Source: a virus
DNA: 64,000 nt
Virus record (IMG/VR): IMGVR_UViG_3300036399_001571
Coordinates: 108,520-172,519 of that record
Reading direction: 5' to 3' (one strand)
Of this stretch, positions 54,501 to 61,000 are shown one piece after another. The notes below the pieces were generated by a model that ran no database searches, was not told where the DNA came from, and was given only the letters and a program-made list of their open reading frames with translations. The position numbers were made by a program, and so were the translations under genes. Each line of letters begins with the position of its first letter. The first letter of the stretch is position 1.

Positions 54501-56448
54501 CAGCAGCCTCTAGAGCCCAATGCTCTGCTCCGTACTCATCATTGAAATACATTTTTGGATACTCTCCAGCGAGAAATCCGACTACATCCGTTCTGGATAA
54601 CGCATTTTTAAGCGACTCAAGGTCAATCCCATCGCCAGCCTTTGCCATAAGACTCATCACCATTCCGCTAGTGAGGTCTCTAATATTCTCCACCCTTACA
54701 GGCTCGCCCTTGTCGTTGAGGACAGTAATGAAACCGTTGGTTCTAATCTGTCGTTCTGCTTCTCGGTTGAAAGCCTGCATTTGAATAGTGTGGGCAATCT
54801 CGTGCTTCATAATATGTCGCGCAAATGCTCGTTCTTCAACCATTGCCGCAAGCTGCTTTGAATGCCCGTCAACGGTAACCAAGAAGTCAGTTAAAGCAGT
54901 TGCTCTTTCTGAATCGGTTTTACCACCAACAAAATCAATCCTCATTCTTTCGCCTGGAGCAAGACTTGGTATTAATGCTTCCTGATTATTCATTATCTCG
55001 GGAATATCAACATATATAACGCTCATCACGCGTTTGCTGTCTGGCGATGTGTACCCACCAGTAGATGCTTCGTCCATGCGTGGGTCGTCAGGACTTTTAA
55101 CTTGAAAATCTATACGTGCAATAGTTCTCATATGTTCTGGGTCAGCAATGAATGAGTCAAGAGCCGATTCAAGTAGAGCTCTTTCGGTTGTGTACCAGCG
55201 CTCTGTGTCTGCTGCAATCAAGCTCTTTTGACGCTCTGGAGTTAGGCCTGAAAAGCCCGGAACGTGCGCAAGTCTTGCTTTTACTATCTTGTCAATGTCC
55301 TCTGCGGATAGTCTTGTGCTTGTATCTATCGTCCATGCACCGCTGTCTCTCAGCTTCTGGAAAACCTCAAATACGTCGTCGTTTGTTTTTATCTTTTCAT
55401 CTGTTCTGATTACCCCAAGCGAGTCCATCAGGCTTGCGATGTTTATGTCCTGCTGAGCAAGCTTGTCTTGAGCGCGAATCATTCCATCAACAAATACCCT
55501 GCTATTTCTGTCGCTGAGGCTCGCTTCACGCCACTTTTTGATGTTCTTGATTCTTTTGCCGTTTTCATCACGCCATACGGTTCTACCGATTCCCGGTATT
55601 GCTCCGTTATCAAGCCATGATAGAAACTCAAAAAGTTTTTTTGTTGTGTGTTTTACACCAGTTTCTTTGCTGACATCAATCCCACTTGCCATCCTTTTAG
55701 CAAAGTCGAATATCTCTGATGCTGAAATTCCGAAACAGTTTGTTCCTGCATTGTCGGTGAACTGGTTTGCCGCAGGTGTACCTGGTGGGCATCTAAACTT
55801 TCCATTTTCATCAACAATGATTCCAAATGCGCTGGCAGCCCTAGCAATTAGAGACCTTCCTCTTTGCCCAATCGTTCTGCCTGGAAGCCTTTTTTCACTG
55901 TAGCCAGAAGGGTTGACAGTCTTTTCTCCGTTAAGACTAAATGGGTCAAGAGTTTGTTCTGATTCTTCGATTATCTCATCAGTTTTTTGGTTGACCTTAT
56001 ATTTTCTTATTCGTAGTTTTGGTTTTGCTGCGAGGATTTTTGCATACTCGTCAGCTGAAACAGAACGTGGCTCATCGACCCATCCAAAGTTTGGTTTCTT
56101 TACTGCAGTATTCCGCAATTTAACTGATGGGAAAAGATTGAGGATTTTGCCTTCTTCCCACTTTTGACCTGGAAGATAGTTGTACCCGTTTAGACGTTCA
56201 ACCATTCCAGGCGTTCCGCCTTTATTGGTCCTCTTTTTCCCGTCGGTGTCTTTGTATGTCTCGTTACCTGTTGCGCCATCAAGCGCCTTTACAGACAGCC
56301 CGGCGTTTAGCGTTGGCCTTGTTATTGATTCAGTTACAGCCTTCTTGAACGCAATTGCTGCGTCGTTGAGGTCTCGTCTGCCAGCGAGCGGTGATACAAG
56401 CCTCTCGGATGTGATTGTACGTGTTTTATAGAACGGCTTACCCGTCAT
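48550..56448 (-). CDS. giant multidomain protein (~2632 aa): zincin HExxH, ART-like segments, internal repeat
   Basis: HEIAH at 54790-54804; V.KGDKG...EEGALVLPPG ART-like strand; C-terminal LGEIEVILKPEV..RTAY/EAQILGG; start refined to MTGKPFY after GAAAGG RBS. Confidence 0.8.
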   Translation of the reverse strand: MTGKPFYKTRTITSERLVSPLAGRRDLNDAAIAFKKAVTESITRPTLNAGLSVKALDGATGNETYKDTDGKKRTNKGGTPGMVERLNGYNYLPGQKWEEGKILNLFPSVKLRNTAVKKPNFGWVDEPRSVSADEYAKILAAKPKLRIRKYKVNQKTDEIIEESEQTLDPFSLNGEKTVNPSGYSEKRLPGRTIGQRGRSLIARAASAFGIIVDENGKFRCPPGTPAANQFTDNAGTNCFGISASEIFDFAKRMASGIDVSKETGVKHTTKKLFEFLSWLDNGAIPGIGRTVWRDENGKRIKNIKKWREASLSDRNSRVFVDGMIRAQDKLAQQDINIASLMDSLGVIRTDEKIKTNDDVFEVFQKLRDSGAWTIDTSTRLSAEDIDKIVKARLAHVPGFSGLTPERQKSLIAADTERWYTTERALLESALDSFIADPEHMRTIARIDFQVKSPDDPRMDEASTGGYTSPDSKRVMSVIYVDIPEIMNNQEALIPSLAPGERMRIDFVGGKTDSERATALTDFLVTVDGHSKQLAAMVEERAFARHIMKHEIAHTIQMQAFNREAERQIRTNGFITVLNDKGEPVRVENIRDLTSGMVMSLMAKAGDGIDLESLKNALSRTDVVGFLAGEYPKMYFNDEYGAEHWALEAAAELWALRDLGLIYGDDIDAALEWMDDVSDGRYIDIRRRSDADGLREIEARYYENLGPDPELSGNSIAEVRERLEVAHKKELSLIEEWSQDSSTTNGDFIDALAGLEYNREAYNDAFDNLEATGESKDSPAFKNLNRKIKENNAKIALIEKKWAERFSSEDKDRRRSDVKKMRESVREKMFSEGNLRPKEMAARSRQQEIKNLQQQAEDMTEDEFVQKLADIEISLKEPGLSADDKSVLLEDKKMLRAIFKSKLEGSDDAKVWAKQRRELDTRIDEIVNPPRQQALKKTKKVKTDKAGASYAKKIQRDESLAMTEEQAIAVERLGDPELTDIGNLVDPDGNVSAVKNINRRYRRAQRSAGDLSPESETASLEDQIEKVLIPAMEAMDESSIPDDLEIEAEIYFGVTDSGFKDVSEYFDNQSFVSGRIITDESPHKPGEARDADGDVITRAGKEKTRVIVQVSKGDKGLFRTNETELGEEGALVLPPGKMKVVDVRPDGTIVLRVQEQDNVVDVLDRVSSSIGEEGPGAGQHAKGTKKKIDRVANKYVAQRRENGLSSTPSRPKREVEIEDKNVEVKRQVISAGGSFGEPPSEDYIAEIGKTPLVQPAEADIKDARDMYKARTGKEFDLSSIYLLNVEELLNYRARLYKAMLDPDFRNRDDNPYDYDGLIAEVDKTLAYRGEIVANLPKTPPRDYPYIPGTLERSPYETSIARVPLVQPAEADIKPDPVDPITGRPRLTTVFRMDVDELVNRRADVYRRLLNPDYANDRKGWQGTDRATLKSIDDELAKRGEIIANLPQPPEFDPDHVPGTKKRAPYKTSAGAALDPTTGSEVLGIPQTREERKVVRATRANMTFEDIKRVMAGESPKEVMNDMSRESLDPAVADVVARKSVEAILKDIEDAAVEFHAGIDKRPRVRMTENQLTKFADDGEFLPTETDDIVLESGPIGRRLERRLNPRTRRTAPKLSSGANIYRKIERAETFQDEDELGVKRGKEISEKPEKLSSGAIERTLKPGDLKKSPTQGFAKKEGRFGEERKAFDVYDIGGESVVFGGPTNDFEMESDTEIKNVPINPYAITGLDRTSDKGQELAEKWVAARAAHLSEGGSPGRSTNVDALLYASVRGDDDAAKEFDRLSEIGLKLIAEEREKSIEGISFSEDDLLQERKEGLDKIGVDDLYLVHETQYDPPLDADGNIILKPLSAYELTSDSGEKVTVQRHTIHFALNHMAGGHIARQQKPGSNVIVVRLRDVLENNPDSVDSLFPVDTVLTPKPGGGIKMPKGSFQVVKTTEDGDSNEMVRTALKELGAKHFFKPGEYSSSTGAESAVRRIAKGEGFNYQMHSNMPHAYIEMNASGTEEQLGRPSTLELWPQELARMSKNAQKSVGISDKFTGTTGVMVGDRFSSGRRTTNKPSKTQRVAGIAGSRATGRVLDAVLKRSGADEDTRERVKYGVNMAGALAAGGPVGFATALAVDVARRAGREVAERGLEEAVQRGKITQNQMDVAMSAVDRVAPNGLPDPVVDKLADAWTIASDFIDERVVTDENKQRLDEFGDIIRGEGAELLENAGEIVGSARDKVGKKFKKLKKKKNTEDGIGEDGISDGPDLAELRSRFGSESLPASSEYDDPFDGYNENDYTPAKTEYDPFGDSAFSSGKRAGRSSDAFRDEYNSRIGISKSTPNSAKPVSGYVVHRSHNEEKKRQIAASGKGNIGSDAIFEIGDNDVVGDGLTALGEIEVILKPEVSNRTAYGRGEALQSAHRPVAMNSNDPDDIADAIMNADGISSKKQNTEAMLHLLGAKMDKNFSSVNASMDENGKMAPVGSVDSSARSHEPFEAQILGGFKKNEVEGIHYPYSKVAKIAESEDISDVVNDRSLASKLEKLGFTPEEVAYFYSISGGKPLNTASMVKLKEYRAAKKIKEKYEGMGVGYVKFAHPQGINIENPRSYDKTASPTTRVDEIIKRNIDAEVEAELKKTLDSIRKSGQLDLMVD

Positions 56449-56464
56449 GGCGGGCCGCCCTTTC

Positions 56465-57913
56465 TTAGATTGTGTCAGTTTCTGCTTCGAGCAGCTGGAA
56501 TTCAACAAGGGACTTCATGAAATCTCCATCAAGAGTTTCATCTTCCTTCTTGCTCATTCCTTCGCCACCGGCAACCCAGCCTGCTGGGATTAAGTTTTCT
56601 TTGCCGAGTTCGCGAGCGCGCTTGAGAATGTGTCGCTTTGCAGCTTCTTTATCCTTTGCGCGACCAAATGCTTGGATTGCATTTCTGAGGTCAGACTCGT
56701 TCGAAATTGGGTATGAACCATCTGGAAGCGCGTTTCCTTCTTTGGCCATCGAATCACGCTGTTCTTCTGTGAATGCGCGCTTCAACGCAATTTCTGCTGC
56801 TTCAGCTTCAATCTCTTCTGCTTCTTCTGGTTCGTACTTGTCGTAACCAAGAACTTCGCCATCAAGAGCAACGAATACATCGTATGACTTTCCGTCAAAT
56901 CCTTCGATTTCAACAGCGTATGAGTCGATGCCTTCGAAGTTGTCTGGCTCAACAGCAACTACATGACCGTCAATTGACTTGACTGCGATTTCAGCTGCAT
57001 CGGTGAAGCTAATCAAATTGAGTTCATCAATTGCTGTCTTCTGTTCAAACACGCTTTCATCGAGCTTGTGCCAGCCCATAACTTCTGCAGAAGTTCCGTC
57101 GATGAATACTTCGACTGCCTTGCCATCCTTGCCCTGAACATCAATGACGAACATGTCAGCATCTGGTGAGTAACCTGAATCGATTACTTTTCCGTCGAAC
57201 ATTTCTTCAGCCATCCCCTCAACACTCAAGAGGCCTGGCATTCCTTTTTCTGCGATACATCCGCCTGGGCAGTTGTCGCAAACAGAAGTTACAGCAGAGT
57301 AAGACTTACGCTCAATTGCGCAGATGTAATCATGTTCGCCAAGCTCATCTGACTTCATTCCCATTGTCGCCATGCGGCGCTTGCGGAATTTTTCCATCAT
57401 GATATTTTGCTTCTCGGCTTCCGCCATGTCCTCTTCATCCTCGGAGTCCATGTCGTCCTCCATCGAGCCTTTTTCTTCTTCGGACATTTCTTCTTCGTCG
57501 TCCTCTTCGGACTCCATGTCCTCTTCTTCTTCGTCCACCATCTCTTCTTCATCGCCTTTTTTCTTAAACTTCTGCATGGCGGTATTGACTTTTTCCCCGC
57601 CATCCATCATGTCTTCTTCTTCCATGTCATCCTCTTCGGACTCCATGTCTTCTTCCATGCCCATACCCTTCATTGGCTTCTTCTTTGGCATCATGCCGTA
57701 CATCTTTTGCATGTCCTCTTCGGTCATGTCTTCATCAGCGATGTCAAGGTCTGTTGCCGGTACCATCTTCATCTCTACTGGCATAGCGCCACATTTGCCG
57801 CACACCTTTGCTCCTGGAGTGAAACCGCACGCAGATGCATCAGCTCCTTTGGCGCACTTGAGCACAGCCCCTTCGCTGTCAATACTCACTGTTGCCTTGT
57901 CGTCGTAAGCCAT
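56465..57913 (-). CDS. acidic protein with two PepSY-like domains and a C-terminal PDGSYPI domain
   Basis: Met/Glu/Asp-rich linker; two AE...GxV...Y/F.V.....DG....V..DG domains; ALPDGSYPI...DL.NAIQAFGR...HI.KRA..LG. Confidence 0.7.
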   Translation of the reverse strand: MAYDDKATVSIDSEGAVLKCAKGADASACGFTPGAKVCGKCGAMPVEMKMVPATDLDIADEDMTEEDMQKMYGMMPKKKPMKGMGMEEDMESEEDDMEEEDMMDGGEKVNTAMQKFKKKGDEEEMVDEEEEDMESEEDDEEEMSEEEKGSMEDDMDSEDEEDMAEAEKQNIMMEKFRKRRMATMGMKSDELGEHDYICAIERKSYSAVTSVCDNCPGGCIAEKGMPGLLSVEGMAEEMFDGKVIDSGYSPDADMFVIDVQGKDGKAVEVFIDGTSAEVMGWHKLDESVFEQKTAIDELNLISFTDAAEIAVKSIDGHVVAVEPDNFEGIDSYAVEIEGFDGKSYDVFVALDGEVLGYDKYEPEEAEEIEAEAAEIALKRAFTEEQRDSMAKEGNALPDGSYPISNESDLRNAIQAFGRAKDKEAAKRHILKRARELGKENLIPAGWVAGGEGMSKKEDETLDGDFMKSLVEFQLLEAETDTI

Positions 57914-58050
57914 AAAATAGAGCTCCTTGCGCCTAATGGTATGCAGAAGGCTAAATAGCCAACTGTTTATTAAATTATTTGTTTGTAAAAGTATAACCTA
58001 CCATAGCGCCGCTATGGGAAGTATTAATAAAACGCTTTTCTAATTATCTA

Positions 58051-61000
58051 TTAACGTCTTCTTTGTGAGTTGTCGTGAAGCTGAAGAAGTTTTGTCCATT
58101 GAGTTGGAGACAAGAATCCTTTGGCTTTGAATTGAGAAACAAGGCTTTGAGCAAATCCACTCCATTTGGCATTTTCTGCCCAGCCCATTATTTCTTTTTG
58201 CATTCTTGGGGTTATGTTTTCTGGGGCTCCGTTGTTTTCTCGCCCGGAAGAGAGTTTTGTAACTGCTTCCTGACCAGAATTGGTTATTCTGCGAGCGGCT
58301 CTTCTTCCACTGCTCATAGAACCTCCACCCTTGACTGAGTCAACGGTTTCGCTTAAGTCGTACTTCTTGTTGAGTCTGTCAACTATTTCCTGAACTTCTT
58401 CATCAGAGTAACGAAGCGCTTTTCCAACACGAGGGCTGAATTTTGGCTGCTTGCCTTGTTCAAAGGTCTTTAGACGGCTGATTATCTTTGCCGCACCAAG
58501 CACCTCATCGATATCGTCCCACTTAACCTTTTTGCCACTTCTTTCAACGGCGTCAACAACGTTTCTCCAGAGCGAGAATTGGGGAATTGAGTTGTCAAAC
58601 TTGGTGCCGTCTTCACCGAATACTTCGCCAGCGCTTGGGATTATGCCTTGATTAACAAGTTGTTCAACTATTCCTGTTGGGACGCCTTCTTGTTTCCATT
58701 TTTTGAGCTGTATTGGTGTCGGCGTGAACGTCACTCCGTCAACTTCAAACGTCAGGGCTTCAGATAGTTCTGCATCTGACTCGACGCCAAGTGAATCTGA
58801 AAGCGCGGAAACAGAGAATCCGCCCTTGGAAATTTCTTGTGCAACGGTTTGCTCAGTCTCAACCATGTCTGCAGGGGACATGAGTCCAGCCATGTAGATT
58901 CCCTCGTCAAGGAAGTCATCATATTGCTCACGAGTGAGCTGGTTTCCGTCCTTGTCGTACCAGTACGGCTTAGCACCAAAGCCCCAAATTCCATCAATTA
59001 TGTCGCTTGTCTGGAAAGGGTTTGAACTGTCAGAGAATGCTCTGTCAATCAAGGCGTAAGCATCAGCTTCGGAAATGCCTGCTCCTTCTTTGAACATCTT
59101 CTCTGCTTCTATCTCGCTTATACCGAGGTAATCTGCAATTTGTTCTTTGCTCAATGGCTTGCCGTTTTCGTCTTTCAGAATTTGCTGCAGCTTCCTGGCG
59201 TCAAGCATCCACTTACCATCTGGAGACCTGTCGTTATTTTCTGAAGTTTTTCCAAACTTTATTTTGACATCAGCTGCCAACTCTCGGCCAACCTTGTTTC
59301 TTTGCAATTCACCAGGCATCCTGAGTCTTCCGGAACTGAATTTTTCAGTGCCGAATTCGTCTTTGCTTGGTCCAGGTCGCTTCTTGCCCGGAATTGTTGC
59401 TGCTCTCTGTCTTACGCCATCAGCAAACGCCTGTCTGTCGGCATCTGACATTGGTCGTCGTTTTGAACCCTGTGTTCTTCTGTTTCTTCCAGAGCTAAGT
59501 CCTGGAGCATCTCCTGGCTCCAGGAAGTCGGCTACATCGCCTTCAACCATGTCGAAGTTAGAGAGGTTGCTAGGTGAGAAAATGTCTTCAGGAAGACCGC
59601 CCTTGCTCTCTCTGTTTAGTGATACTCCGCTTTCCTCGAAAGACTCACCTATCCCAAAGAGGTCGCTTAGCTCTCTCTCTAGCCTGTTGATTGCACCGTA
59701 GTACATGTCGCTGAGTTTTGCAGCAAAATCTTCCGGCTTTGTTGTGTTGTTGATTGAGTCAACCAAGTCTTCAATTTCATTTATTTGACTCTGCAGTGAG
59801 GAGCGAATGAACGAATCGTCGATTGCCTCGATATCTTCAAGTACTCCTTGGATTTCCTGAGCATCAAATCTCATCGAATCAACGGCATCAGCGGCATCCC
59901 CGTCAGCATCGTCTATATGCTTTTGCATTGCTGACTCGAAGTCAACCTTGCCGCCATCTCTCCAGCTGTTTCTGTACGAATTTTCTAGAAGGCCTATCTT
60001 TTCGCGCAAATCATCGGTTTGCTGATTCAGGAGTGCAAGATTCTCTACATGGTCTTCCAGCTGTGATTCGATGTCATATATTGCTGAATCAAGTCTGTCA
60101 ATAAATTCCATATCATCATCTGAAATTTGTCCAGTCAAATCATCGATGCTTGGTGTACTTTGCTTTGTGATTTTCTTACCATCAAGAGCTGCGCGGATGT
60201 ATTCATCCCTCGTAGCAACTAAGTCATCGATTGCGTCAATAGCTTTTTTATGGTCTTCTAGAGCAATCCTTCCACGTCCACCATTTGGAAGGAAGCCAAT
60301 TTTCCCATCAAGAGCATCCTGTGTTACTGGATTGTTGAACTGCCCGCTCTTTTCAAACTCGGACTTGATGTCTTCTGGTGACCTTCCAGAACTCAGGCGT
60401 CCACCGCCAGGAATCCTGCTAGAAACCAAACTTCTCGTTCTTCTTCCAGAAGAGAAAGACGTTCCTTGAGGGACTCCAGGTTGTGTTGGATTGATTGGGG
60501 CAACTGCGCCGTCAATCAAGCCCTCAATCTTGTGGAGACTGAAACTTCTATACTGACCCGATTCCTCATCAAGTCCTATGAAGTATATTCCTCCGCCCTT
60601 CTTGGTCATCATTCCGGTTGGATAAACCATTCGTGGCTTGCCGTTGTAAGTAAATGAGATGACCTCACCGTTTCTGCGTATGGAATCAAAGTCATACTTT
60701 TCAACAGGAACCGCAGGCAAGTTTGCCGCGATGTGCCTTGAGTTTGAGCCAGCCTCATCCGTTCTCTTGAGAGCGTCTGTGACTAAGCCAATTTCCTCAG
60801 CAGGAGTTTCGTCGTATCTAGAGCGAACCCCGGATGAAAGTCTGCTGTTTTCTTTCATCAATTCAGCCTGGATATCGCTAGCTTCGTCTGCCCAGTCTTC
60901 TGCGCTCCAGTCAAGGCGTGATTCATCTATCTGCGCCATCATCCGGACATATTCCTGTCTGTCTGCGCGCTCTCTTGAAGCTCTCTTGTAATTTTCGTAC

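Noticed and set aside
39856-57913. E-x-K|S/A motifs as HK97-type protease sites in head-region proteins
   Set aside because: Proteins are Lys/Glu-rich, so such short matches are expected by chance; not distinguishable without statistics
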